Assembly (NCBI RefSeq): GCF_004376175.1 | Contig: NZ_SNUY01000008.1 | Location: 23,311-55,310, forward strand | Direction: 5' to 3' | DNA: 32,000 nucleotides | DNA from: Halalkalibacterium halodurans | Lineage (GTDB): Bacteria > Bacillota > Bacilli > Bacillales > Bacillaceae_D | Part shown: in pieces, positions 1 to 8,806 of the stretch | Layout: every line of letters begins with the position of its first letter | How positions within the stretch are numbered: position 1 is the stretch's first letter | The notes under the pieces: generated by a model | Databases searched by the model: none | Seen by the model: the letters and a program-made list of their open reading frames with translations, nothing else | Told to the model about the DNA's origin: nothing | Position numbers and translations under genes: made by a program

Positions 1-2
1 AC

Positions 3-1349
3 ATGGCAACAGTTGCTTTTCAAACATTAGGGTGTAAAGTGAATCATTATGAAACAGAAGCCATTTGGCAGTTGTTTAAAGGAGAAGGCTATGAGAAGGT
101 CGACTTTGAGCAAATGGCCGATGTGTATGTCATCAACACATGTACAGTGACAAACACAGGAGATAAAAAAAGTCGCCAAGTGATCCGCCGTGCGATCCGT
201 AAAAATCCTGATGCGGTCATTTGCGTTACAGGCTGCTATGCGCAAACATCCCCTGCAGAGGTTATGGCGATTCCTGGTGTTGACATTGTTGTTGGAACAC
301 AGGATCGAAAAAAGATGCTTGAGTACATTGAGCAATACAAGAAAGAGCGTCAGCCTATTAACGGTGTAGGAAATATTATGAAATCTCGCGTGTATGAGGA
401 GTTGGATGTACCTGCTTTTACAGATCGAACCCGGGCATCATTAAAAATTCAAGAGGGCTGTAACAATTTCTGTACCTTTTGTATTATTCCTTGGGCTCGT
501 GGGTTGATGAGATCACGTGATCCGAAAGAAGTCATTAAACAAGCAGAGCAGCTCGTTCAAGCAGGCTATAAAGAAATCGTCTTAACTGGTATTCATACGG
601 GTGGTTATGGTGAAGATTTAAAGGATTACTCACTTGCCCGTTTATTGGAAGACCTCGAACAAGTGAATGGTTTAAAGCGAATTCGAATTTCATCGATTGA
701 AGCAAGTCAGCTTACCGATGAAGTCATCGAAGTCATTGACCGTTCGACTAAGGTTGTCCGCCATTTGCACATTCCGTTACAATCAGGCTCTGATACTGTA
801 TTAAAACGGATGCGACGTAAGTATACGATGGCTTTTTTTGCTGAGCGGTTAGAACGTCTCCGCGAAGCGTTACCAGGTTTAGCGGTTACATCCGATGTCA
901 TCGTCGGCTTCCCCGGTGAGACGGAGGCTGAATTTCAAGAGACGTATGATTTTATTGCAAAGCATAAGTTTTCTGAGTTACATGTGTTCCCATACTCCAA
1001 GCGAACGGGGACACCTGCAGCGCGTATGGAAGATCAAGTGAATGAAGATGTAAAAAATGAACGAGTCCACCGTCTTATTCAACTTTCTGATCAGCTAGCA
1101 AAGGAGTACGCGTCACAGTTTGAAGGAGAAGTATTGGAAATGATCCCTGAGGAGCGGGATAAAGAAGAGCCAAATTCCGGTCTATATGTTGGTTATACCG
1201 ATAACTATTTAAAGGTAAAAATTCCGGCAACGGACGAGATGATCGGAAAACTCGTAAAAGTGAAAATTACAAAGGCAGGGTACCCCTATAATGAAGGCGA
1301 ATTTGTCCGAGTGTTGGATGAAGAGCCTCAGGCAGTGGCTCACGGGTGA
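3..1349 (+). CDS. mtaB: tRNA N6-threonylcarbamoyladenosine 2-methylthiotransferase (radical SAM, MiaB/MtaB family)
   Basis: 448-aa ORF. Has the N-terminal UPF0004 cysteines (TLGCKVN, NTCTVT, TGC), the radical-SAM motif CNNFCTFC and a C-terminal TRAM-like region. Occupies the position of B. subtilis yqeV. ATG at position 3, so its RBS lies outside the window. Confidence 0.9.
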   Translation: MATVAFQTLGCKVNHYETEAIWQLFKGEGYEKVDFEQMADVYVINTCTVTNTGDKKSRQVIRRAIRKNPDAVICVTGCYAQTSPAEVMAIPGVDIVVGTQDRKKMLEYIEQYKKERQPINGVGNIMKSRVYEELDVPAFTDRTRASLKIQEGCNNFCTFCIIPWARGLMRSRDPKEVIKQAEQLVQAGYKEIVLTGIHTGGYGEDLKDYSLARLLEDLEQVNGLKRIRISSIEASQLTDEVIEVIDRSTKVVRHLHIPLQSGSDTVLKRMRRKYTMAFFAERLERLREALPGLAVTSDVIVGFPGETEAEFQETYDFIAKHKFSELHVFPYSKRTGTPAARMEDQVNEDVKNERVHRLIQLSDQLAKEYASQFEGEVLEMIPEERDKEEPNSGLYVGYTDNYLKVKIPATDEMIGKLVKVKITKAGYPYNEGEFVRVLDEEPQAVAHG

Positions 1350-1529
1350 TCTGATCAATGGCATCTATCGTAATGTTTGCGGTGGGTGTCGTTTTTCATT
1401 CGCTCAATGGATGGGATAGGAGAAGGTGATGGGCGTAAGATAACAATAAGGATGCGGCTCGCCAATCGCTCTGTTCTATGCTACCATACAGAGAGGTACG
1501 TACAACTCACGAGGAAGGAAGATGAAATC

Positions 1530-2204
1530 ATGTCACGTTCGATTGCACAAATGATTGATCATACGCTACTTAAACCAAATACAACAGAAGACCAAATTGT
1601 AAAGCTCTGTGAGGAAGCAAAGGAATATTCATTTGCATCTGTTTGTGTGAATCCTACTTGGGTCGCACTTGCTGCGCAGTTGCTAAAAGATGCACCTGAT
1701 GTGAAAGTATGTACAGTTATCGGCTTTCCGTTAGGGGCAACGACTCCGGAAGTGAAAGCGTTTGAAACGACTAATGCCATTGAAAATGGAGCGACAGAAG
1801 TGGACATGGTCATTAACATTGGAGCGTTAAAAGATAAACAATACGAGCTTGTTGGACGCGACATTCAAGCGGTTGTTAAAGCAGCAGAAGGGAAAGCATT
1901 AACGAAAGTAATCATTGAAACATCGTTATTAACGGAGGAAGAGAAGAAGGCTGCGTGTGAGCTTGCCGTAAAAGCAGGAGCCGACTTTGTCAAAACGTCG
2001 ACTGGATTCTCTGGCGGAGGTGCTACGGCTGAGGATATCGCGCTCATGCGAAAAGTGGTCGGACCAAATTTAGGAGTCAAAGCTTCTGGAGGTGTTAGAG
2101 ATCTGTCCGACGCGAAAGCGATGATTGATGCTGGTGCTACTCGGATTGGTGCGAGTGCTGGGGTGGCGATTGTTAACGGGGAGCGTAGGGAAGGGAGTTA
2201 TTAA
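1530..2204 (+). CDS. deoC: deoxyribose-phosphate aldolase
   Basis: Typical DeoC sequence ([49 protein letters not shown]). Start chosen at the ATG at 1530, preceded by GAGGAAGGA at 1511-1519. The ORF-track start at 1377 adds an unconserved extension. Confidence 0.9.
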   Translation: MSRSIAQMIDHTLLKPNTTEDQIVKLCEEAKEYSFASVCVNPTWVALAAQLLKDAPDVKVCTVIGFPLGATTPEVKAFETTNAIENGATEVDMVINIGALKDKQYELVGRDIQAVVKAAEGKALTKVIIETSLLTEEEKKAACELAVKAGADFVKTSTGFSGGGATAEDIALMRKVVGPNLGVKASGGVRDLSDAKAMIDAGATRIGASAGVAIVNGERREGSY

Positions 2205-2206
2205 GG

Positions 2207-2233
2207 AGGAGCCTGAGGGAGGCTCCTTTTTTC
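2207..2233. terminator. Bidirectional rho-independent terminator between convergent deoC and the Na/Pi transporter gene
   Basis: Perfect 8-bp stem aggagcct (2207-2214) / aggctcct (2220-2227), loop gaggg, followed by TTTTTT. Confidence 0.8.
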
Positions 2234-2249
2234 TTATGCTCGGCTTTTT

Positions 2250-3188
2250 CTACTGTGATGGGCCGTGTAACGTTTCAATAAACGAAGCAAAAGGTTTAAC
2301 AAACGGGAGGATCGCAAGTGAACAAATAACATTAAAGATCGTACTAGCATGAGCAAGCTGAATAGCTGGAATCGTCGTTAGCGTCATGACGAAGTGACTC
2401 AAATGTGGAATAAGGGGAATAAAGAGCAGGACCCCGATCACATTTAACCAAAGATGGGCAAATGCTACGAGGCGCGAGGTGCGACCTGATCCTATGCTAG
2501 CTAATAAGGCGGTGAAGCATGTACCGATGTTCGCCCCTAACATAATGGCAATTCCTCCGTGTATCCCAATGATTTCTTCATTCAAAAATCCCATGGCAAT
2601 CGCCGTTGTGGCTGTACTTGATTGGATTAGCGCCGTTAATAAGGTGCCGACGCCAGCACCAACGATAAGCCAATCGTTTGTTAATTCGATAAAGGCTTGA
2701 ATGGCCGGGATAGCAGCTAACGGAGAAGCAAGGTTCTCTAATCCGTTCATCGAAATGAAAATGCATGCAAGTCCAAAGCTAACACAGCCAAGACAGTATG
2801 TGATGAGATGGGGGATCGCGAGACCGATTAATCCGATGAGAAGTAAGGGAACAATCAATGAGTGTAAATCAAGGGCGATTAATTCAACGGTAAAACATGT
2901 ACCGACATTCGTTCCTAAAATGATTCCGATCGATTGACGGAACGTTACATATCCTGCTGCTACAAAGCCAATGGTGACAATCATGACAGCTGAACTGCTT
3001 TGTAGAAGTATAGTTAAAAGAAGGCCAACAAAAAAGCCCTTTAGTGGATTATCCACGAAACGAAGGATGCCAACACGTGCTTTCTCAGCATTCATCGTCA
3101 GGAGCCCTGCACGCATGACCGCCATTCCGAATAAAAATAAGCTAACAAACACGGCAAATAGTGTAAACAATTGTTGCGTCACGCACAA
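2250..3188 (-). CDS. Na+/phosphate cotransporter family membrane protein (PNaS/NptA-like, YqeW homologue)
   Basis: Polytopic hydrophobic protein of about 310 aa with duplicated QSSSA/QSSTAT-type repeats typical of the Na/Pi cotransporter II-related family. Same position and orientation as B. subtilis yqeW. The true start may be the GTG at 3182, which is better spaced from GGGGTGG than the TTG at 3188. Confidence 0.8.
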   Translation of the reverse strand: MCVTQQLFTLFAVFVSLFLFGMAVMRAGLLTMNAEKARVGILRFVDNPLKGFFVGLLLTILLQSSSAVMIVTIGFVAAGYVTFRQSIGIILGTNVGTCFTVELIALDLHSLIVPLLLIGLIGLAIPHLITYCLGCVSFGLACIFISMNGLENLASPLAAIPAIQAFIELTNDWLIVGAGVGTLLTALIQSSTATTAIAMGFLNEEIIGIHGGIAIMLGANIGTCFTALLASIGSGRTSRLVAFAHLWLNVIGVLLFIPLIPHLSHFVMTLTTIPAIQLAHASTIFNVICSLAILPFVKPFASFIETLHGPSQ

Positions 3189-3271
3189 CCACCCCCATAC
3201 AATGTATGGACAAGTGAGGACAAGAATGACTCATTTCTTAACTTCATCAGTTGGTAAATGTTCGGTTTCAG

Positions 3272-3300
3272 TTGACCGACAAAAACCCTTATATTATAAT
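3272..3300 (+). promoter_or_regulatory. Sigma-A type promoter for rpsU-yqeY
   Basis: TTGACC (3272-3277), 17-bp spacer, TATAAT (3295-3300), about 60 nt upstream of the rpsU ATG. Confidence 0.65.
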
Positions 3301-3361
3301 CAAACAAGACGTGCATTTTTTGTGTACATCTAGTTGGTTGTTTCGGAGGGAGGGAAAGAAA

Positions 3362-3535
3362 ATGGCAGAAACTCGTGTTCGTAAAAACGAATCGATTGAT
3401 GCTGCACTTCGTCGCTTCAAGAGATCACTCTCTAAAGAAGGAACGTTGGCTGAGGTTAGAAAACGTAAGCACTATGAAAAGCCTAGTGTTCGTCGCAAGA
3501 AGAAATCCGAAGCTGCAAGAAAGCGTAAGTTCTAA
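3362..3535 (+). CDS. rpsU: 30S ribosomal protein S21
   Basis: 57-aa basic protein [23 protein letters not shown]...ARKRKF. RBS GGAGGGAGGG upstream. The ORF-track start at 3251 is an artefactual extension. Confidence 0.95.
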   Translation: MAETRVRKNESIDAALRRFKRSLSKEGTLAEVRKRKHYEKPSVRRKKKSEAARKRKF

Positions 3536-3554
3536 ATAAAAGAGGGTGTTGAAA

Positions 3555-3998
3555 TTGAATCTCCTTGATCGTTTAAATCAAGACATGAAAGAAGCGATGA
3601 AAAACAAGGAAAAAGAAAAGCTTTCTGTCATTCGTATGGTGAAATCATCTTTGCAAAATGAACAGATTAAATTCGGACGCGATCTGACAGAAGATGATCA
3701 ATTAACGGTGCTTAACCGTGAGCTTAAGCAGCGTAAAGATTCCCTCCAAGAGTTTGAAAAAGCCAATCGGGAAGATCTCGTTGAAAAGCTTCGCAATGAG
3801 ATTTCTATACTTGAGCATTACATGCCTGAACAGTTGTCAGAGGATGAACTCCTAGCAATTGTCAATGAGACGATTGCAGAAGTAGGAGCATCTTCAAAAG
3901 CCGATATGGGTAAAGTAATGGGGGCGATCATGCCTAAGGTAAAAGGCAAAGCTGACGGAGGTCTCGTCAATCGCCTCGTGCAACAACAGTTATCATAA
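3555..3998 (+). CDS. yqeY: GatB/YqeY domain protein
   Basis: Strong similarity to B. subtilis YqeY as I recall it ([14 protein letters not shown]..., [26 protein letters not shown]). TTG at 3555 is about 7 nt after AGAGGGTG. The GTG at 3546 is an alternative start. Confidence 0.9.
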   Translation: MNLLDRLNQDMKEAMKNKEKEKLSVIRMVKSSLQNEQIKFGRDLTEDDQLTVLNRELKQRKDSLQEFEKANREDLVEKLRNEISILEHYMPEQLSEDELLAIVNETIAEVGASSKADMGKVMGAIMPKVKGKADGGLVNRLVQQQLS

Positions 3999-4009
3999 TT
4001 GAACAATCC

Positions 4010-4040
4010 GACGTCTTGTCATTGGACAGGGCGTCTTTTT
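4010..4040 (+). terminator. Rho-independent terminator after yqeY
   Basis: 10-bp stem acgtcttgtc (4011-4020) / gacagggcgt (4025-4034) with two G-U pairs, loop attg, then CTTTTT. Confidence 0.75.
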
Positions 4041-4135
4041 ATGATTCCTACAGATGAAGAAGCTGAACAGTCTTTGCTGTCGGTGGACATAGGGGACCGG
4101 GTTCGATAAAATGAAAAAAAGATCGTGTAAAAAGT

Positions 4136-4161
4136 TGAAACTTATTTCTACACATTTCGTA
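4136..4161 (+). promoter_or_regulatory. Sigma-W (ECF) type promoter for nfeD-floA-yqfB
   Basis: TGAAAC (4136-4141), 16-bp spacer, CGTA (4158-4161). This matches the B. subtilis sigma-W consensus TGAAAC-N16-CGTA. It lies about 38 nt upstream of the nfeD ATG. Confidence 0.6.
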
Positions 4162-4198
4162 AAAAAAATAGCGATATCAACTAGAAAGGAGGACAGCT

Positions 4199-5536
4199 AT
4201 GGAACGAATCCGGTGGCTTTACGGTTTTCTAGCATGCATCCTCATAGCCATATTACTTGCCCCCCTTCAAATCATGGCTCAAGGCGAGTTCCGCACATCG
4301 GATCAACCTCTCGTATACTACATCCCTGTTGAACAGGAAGTCGAGCGTGGATTGGAAGCGTTTTTACAGCGGTCGTTGGATAGTGCGGTGGAAGAAGGGG
4401 CTGATCATATCGTCTTGGAAATTAATACTCCAGGTGGACGAGTGGACGCAGCTGGCAATATGGCAAGAGCTTTGCGGGAGACAGACATTCCGATCACTGC
4501 TTATGTGATCGATCAAGCGTTATCAGCAGGAGCCTACATCGCGTTAAACGCAGATGAGATTGTCATGGCACCGGGATCAACGATGGGATCAGCCGCTGTC
4601 ATTGATAGTGCGGGAAATGCAGCCGACGAGAAAGCTCAGTCGTACTGGCTAGCTGAAATGCGAAATGCGGCTGAATATAACGATCGCGATCCTAAGTACG
4701 CTTTAGCGATGGCGGATCGTAGCATTGAAATTCCAGAGCTCGATATTTCAAACGAAGAGCTGTTAACTCTTACAGCGAGTCAAGCGCTTGAAGTTAATTA
4801 TGCAGAAGCGATTGCGTCAAATCGAGCAGAGCTATTAGAGCATCTTCAGATTGACAATGCTTTCGAACAGGAAATGGAAGTAAGCTTTGCGGAAAAGCTA
4901 GCTCGCTTTGTGACAAATCCGCTAATCATTCCGATTTTACTCTCCATCGGTAGCCTCGGGCTTGTGCTTGAGCTCTATTCCCCAGGTTTTGGTGTCCCAG
5001 GAATCATGGGAATCTCAGCATTGCTGCTCTTTTTCTTCGGCCATTTAATTGCCGGTTTTGCAGGCTACGAAGCGATGATTTTATTTATCGCTGGTTTTCT
5101 CTTAATTTTAATAGAGGTGTTTATGCCCGGCTTCGGTCTATTTGGTATCCTTGGTATCGCAGGGATGATCGGAGGAATGTTACTCGCGTCCTTTTCAACT
5201 GCATGGATGCTCGTATCTTTAGGAATCTCAGCTGTCGTCACTACGGTAGTTGCTATCATTACGTTTAGGTATTTCGGATCAAGAGGACCATGGAAAAAAA
5301 TGATCCTTACTGAATCGACCAGCAGTGAAAAAGGATACATTACAAATGAGACAAGACAAGAACTTGTCGGGTTAATTGGTCAATCCCTAACACCATTACG
5401 TCCTTCCGGATCGGGACTATTTGGAGAGGAACGACTTGACGTCGTCTCTGAGGGAGGATATATTGAACAGGGTAGGAAGATAAAGGTCGTATCTACATCT
5501 GGATCGCGGATCGTTGTTCGCGAAACAGATGAATGA
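4199..5536 (+). CDS. nfeD: NfeD-family membrane-bound ClpP-class serine protease (YqeZ homologue)
   Basis: Signal peptide (…LQIMAQGE), ClpP/SppA-like domain ([19 protein letters not shown]), four or five TM helices and a C-terminal NfeD OB-fold. RBS AAAGGAGGA. Located directly upstream of the flotillin gene. Confidence 0.85.
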
Positions 5537-5556
5537 TTAAAAGGAGGAATTTTGTT

Positions 5557-6552
5557 ATGCCAGTTGATTTAGGCTTGATTATCCTTTTAGGGGTCATTTT
5601 TATTGCTCTGGCGGTACTATTCACGTTTGTTCCAGTCGGGCTGTGGATTTCCGCTCTAGCAGCAGGTGTCAAAATTGGTATTTTTGAATTAGTCGGAATG
5701 AGACTCCGTCGCGTTATTCCAAGACGTGTCGTTGAGCCACTCATCAAAGCAGTAAAAGCAGGTTTGGATTTGAGCACTTCAAAACTAGAAGGTCACTACC
5801 TTGCAGGAGGAAATGTGGACCGTGTCGTTAACGCCCTTATCGCGGCTCAACGTGCGAACATTGATTTAAGCTTTGAGCGTTGTGCAGCTATTGACCTTGC
5901 TGGTCGTGATGTATTGCAAGCTGTGCAAATGAGTGTTAACCCGAAAGTGATTGAAACTCCGTTTATTGCCGGTGTGGCAATGGATGGTATTGAAGTAAAG
6001 GCGAAAGCAAGAATTACAGTGCGAGCCAACATTGATCGTCTTGTCGGTGGTGCAGGTGAGGAAACTGTAATCGCCCGTGTTGGTGAAGGAATCGTTTCAA
6101 CTATTGGTTCTTCAGACGACCATAAAAAAGTATTAGAAAATCCAGATACAATCTCGCAAACTGTCTTGAAAAAAGGTCTAGATGCTGGGACGGCATTTGA
6201 AATTCTTTCCATTGACATTGCAGATATTGATATCGGGAAAAACATTGGTGCCGGCCTTCAAACAGATCAAGCGGAAGCGGATAAGAAAATTGCCCAAGCG
6301 AAAGCGGAAGAGCGCCGTGCAATGGCCGTGGCAAAAGAGCAAGAGATGCGTGCGAAAGTTGAAGAAATGCGCGCGAAAGTTGTGGAAGCGGAAGCGGAAG
6401 TACCAATGGCCCTTTCTGACGCATTGCGTAAAGGGAATATGGGCGTGATGGATTACTTAAACTACCAGAACGTAATGGCTGACACGGATATGCGTGACTC
6501 CATTAGCAAAGCTACAGGTGATCAAGAAGCGGATGAAAAAAATGACCGCTAA
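5557..6552 (+). CDS. floA: Flotillin-like protein FloA (SPFH domain)
   Basis: 331 aa. N-terminal TM helix, SPFH body and an EA-rich coiled coil ([32 protein letters not shown]). ATG at 5557 is preceded by AAAGGAGGA. The ORF-track start at 5533 is an extension. Confidence 0.9.
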
Positions 6553-6588
6553 TGAACTTCACCGTCTCAACTTGGGAGGTGAGTGACC

Positions 6589-7119
6589 GTGGAAAGTTTC
6601 CTTATTCCACTTCTGATCTTTTTACTCGTTAGCCTGTTTGGCCGTCTAGGCGGCAACCAGCGGAAAACTGGCAGGGAACAAAATACTGAACGCCCTCAGC
6701 AATCTAAGCAACCACAACAGCCAGGACCTTCACAGCAGCCTTGGCCAGGAAGCTCAGAACCGATCGAGGATTGGCGTGATTTATTTGATCCCCATAGAAG
6801 GGAAAAAGAGACGGAGCCTGCTTATGCAGAACCAGTCGAGTCTTATGATTATGAGGATCTACATGACGAGCAGCCTCAAACGCAACCAACTGTGCAAGAT
6901 TCGGTTCGAGATTTTAAGAGCGTGAGGGACAATCAACCTGTATCGGAGCAAGTTCCTCCTGTCTCCATCACTCGCTCACTAAAACAGAAGAAGGAAACAA
7001 ATCTTGCGTTGCATTTTCATCATTTGACAAAAGATGAAGCGATGAAGGCAGTCGTTTGGTCAGAAGTTTTAGGCCAACCTCGTGCAAAACGCCCCCATCG
7101 ATCGTTCTCTAAACGTTAA
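6589..7119 (+). CDS. yqfB: YqfB-like small membrane protein with a Q/P/E-rich linker
   Basis: N-terminal TM helix, low-complexity region and conserved C-terminal AVVWSEVLGQPRAKRP. Third gene of the nfeD-floA operon, as in B. subtilis. GTG at 6589 is better spaced from GGGAGG than GTG at 6583. Confidence 0.7.
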   Translation: MESFLIPLLIFLLVSLFGRLGGNQRKTGREQNTERPQQSKQPQQPGPSQQPWPGSSEPIEDWRDLFDPHRREKETEPAYAEPVESYDYEDLHDEQPQTQPTVQDSVRDFKSVRDNQPVSEQVPPVSITRSLKQKKETNLALHFHHLTKDEAMKAVVWSEVLGQPRAKRPHRSFSKR

Positions 7120-7123
7120 TGAC

Positions 7124-7161
7124 AGCCGCTTGTTACCACAATGGTAGCAAGTGGCTTTTTC
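7124..7161 (+). terminator. Rho-independent terminator after yqfB
   Basis: 15-bp stem agccgcttgttacca (7124-7138) / tggtagcaagtggct (7142-7156) with two G-U pairs, loop caa, then a T-run. Confidence 0.85.
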
Positions 7162-7280
7162 GTATTAGGGAATGTCAATTAAAGCGATAAAAGTGACTGG
7201 AGTTCCCATAGAAATGACAGATTATCAGTGATAACCAATTCCCTTTTCTCATAAAAATGAAAGGAGAGGGGGTTGGTTCA

Positions 7281-7574
7281 ATGAAGAATGTCAAACAACA
7301 ATTGATGCGATGGATGACGAACCAGTTGCAGCTCCCAGCAGATGTGATGATGGATTTGCCACGCATTACGATGATCGGCCAGCTACATATATACATTGAA
7401 AACCACCAAGGAGTGCTTCGATTCTCTAATCAAGAGTTACGTTTATTGCTCAAGCACGGGCAATTGCTCATAAAGGGGGACGGATTTGTCATTAAAACGA
7501 TCTTACCTGAAGAGTTACTGTTGGAGGGCAGAATCGATCAAGTGTTGTTTATTCCTGATTCGCCATCCAAGTGA
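7281..7574 (+). CDS. yqfC: Sporulation protein YqfC
   Basis: 97 aa containing the conserved YqfC/YabP-family motif LPADVMMDLPRITMIGQLHIYIENHQGVLRFS. ATG at 7281 follows AAAGGAGAGGGGG. Confidence 0.9.
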   Translation: MKNVKQQLMRWMTNQLQLPADVMMDLPRITMIGQLHIYIENHQGVLRFSNQELRLLLKHGQLLIKGDGFVIKTILPEELLLEGRIDQVLFIPDSPSK

Positions 7575-7607
7575 TTGGAGAGAAGAGGAATGAGAGGGGA
7601 AATGGGA

Positions 7608-8801
7608 ATGAAAACGAAAGCAATGTGGAAGCAACTAGTTCGCGGATATGTTCGAGTGCAAATTGACGGAGTGTACGGGGAACGATTTCTTAATCGCTGC
7701 ATTCAAAAAAATGTGGCGATTTGGAGCATCAAGCGGATGGGAGCAGAACGAATTGTCTGTTTTATGGACATGCAAGATGCAAAAAAAATTCGACCTCTTG
7801 TCAAGCAAACAGAATGTAAGGTGACGTTTGTAGAACGGCTTGGTTATCCTGCCTTCGTTAAAAAGGCGATGAATCGAGTCGGATTTGTTGGCGGAATCGG
7901 TTTAGCCATCGTATTAATGTTTATTCTATCCAATATTGTTTGGTCTATTGAAATTAAAGGAGCGTCTCCGAAAGTGGAGCATGAACTTCGTCAACTTGTG
8001 GAAGAACTAGGAGTAAAAAGAGGGGCATTTCAATTCACATTACCGAGTGTCGAAGACTTGCAGCGCGAAGTAACCGAGCAGCTTTCTGGAGCGACATGGA
8101 TCGGCGTTCGACAAAATGGGACAACCTACCAATTTGAGGTGGTGGAACAACAACTTCCAGAGGAAGCAGAAAGAATTAGCCCAAGACATCTTGTTGCAAA
8201 GAAAAAAGCAATCGTACACAGTGTATTTGTTGAGCATGGTCAGCCAAAGGTAAAAGTGAACGATTATGTAGAAAAAGGGGACATGCTCGTTTCAGGCTTT
8301 ATCGGAAAAGAAGGAAAAGAGCAAATTGTTCCAGCTGTTGGTGTGGTTTTAGGAGAAATTTGGTATACATCTGATGTAACGATTCCGCTTGAAAGCCAAT
8401 TTTCAACCTTAACAGGGGAATCTGTGACGACCCATCAACTTAGTGCTTTTGGAGTTAACCTCCCGATTTGGGGGTTTAAGAAACATGAGTTTAAGGAGTT
8501 TGAAACGTTTCAAGAGCAGAAGGAGTTGTATTTTTGGAAATGGACACTTCCAATTCAATATACACGAACAAAAGTGTATGAAGCTAATCGCTTCGAGCAG
8601 AAATTGACGAAAGGCGAAGCGGTCGAACGCGGGAAAAAACTAGCGAAGCAAGAACTTTATGAGAAAATTGACAAGGATGCCACAATTGAAGGCGAAAAAG
8701 TTTTGCACGAACGCGTCGAGAATGGTAAAGTAAAACTAAGAATTCACTACCAAGTTATTGAAGATATCACATCGGAAATGCCGATCATTCAAGGAGATTG
8801 A
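7608..8801 (+). CDS. yqfD: Sporulation protein YqfD (stage IV-like)
   Basis: About 397 aa with a single central TM helix. Colinear with B. subtilis YqfD and directly downstream of yqfC. ATG at 7608 follows GAGAGGGGA. Confidence 0.85.
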   Translation: MKTKAMWKQLVRGYVRVQIDGVYGERFLNRCIQKNVAIWSIKRMGAERIVCFMDMQDAKKIRPLVKQTECKVTFVERLGYPAFVKKAMNRVGFVGGIGLAIVLMFILSNIVWSIEIKGASPKVEHELRQLVEELGVKRGAFQFTLPSVEDLQREVTEQLSGATWIGVRQNGTTYQFEVVEQQLPEEAERISPRHLVAKKKAIVHSVFVEHGQPKVKVNDYVEKGDMLVSGFIGKEGKEQIVPAVGVVLGEIWYTSDVTIPLESQFSTLTGESVTTHQLSAFGVNLPIWGFKKHEFKEFETFQEQKELYFWKWTLPIQYTRTKVYEANRFEQKLTKGEAVERGKKLAKQELYEKIDKDATIEGEKVLHERVENGKVKLRIHYQVIEDITSEMPIIQGD

Positions 8802-8806
8802 GATTA

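Noticed and set aside
1377-1529. Long N-terminal extensions in the ORF track for deoC (1377), rpsU (3251), floA (5533), yqfC (7257), yqfD (7575), ybeY (12111), yqzL (15262), recO (15459), sigA (23830) and ispH (29803)
   Set aside because: The extensions lack RBSs and are not part of the conserved protein families. Internal starts with good Shine-Dalgarno spacing match the known N-termini.
4090-4110. tRNA T-loop-like string gggttcgat upstream of nfeD
   Set aside because: No complementary T-stem, acceptor stem or anticodon arm can be drawn around it. It is an isolated match in an intergenic region.
4111-4508. ORFs 4111-4332 and 4257-4508 overlapping the nfeD start region
   Set aside because: They overlap the well-supported nfeD frame and its sigma-W-type promoter, lack an RBS, and show no family resemblance.
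7200-7260. Possible sigma-E type promoter (cataaaaat as the -10) upstream of yqfC-yqfD
   Set aside because: The -10 match is partial and I could not identify a convincing -35 element at the right spacing. Not supportable from sequence alone.
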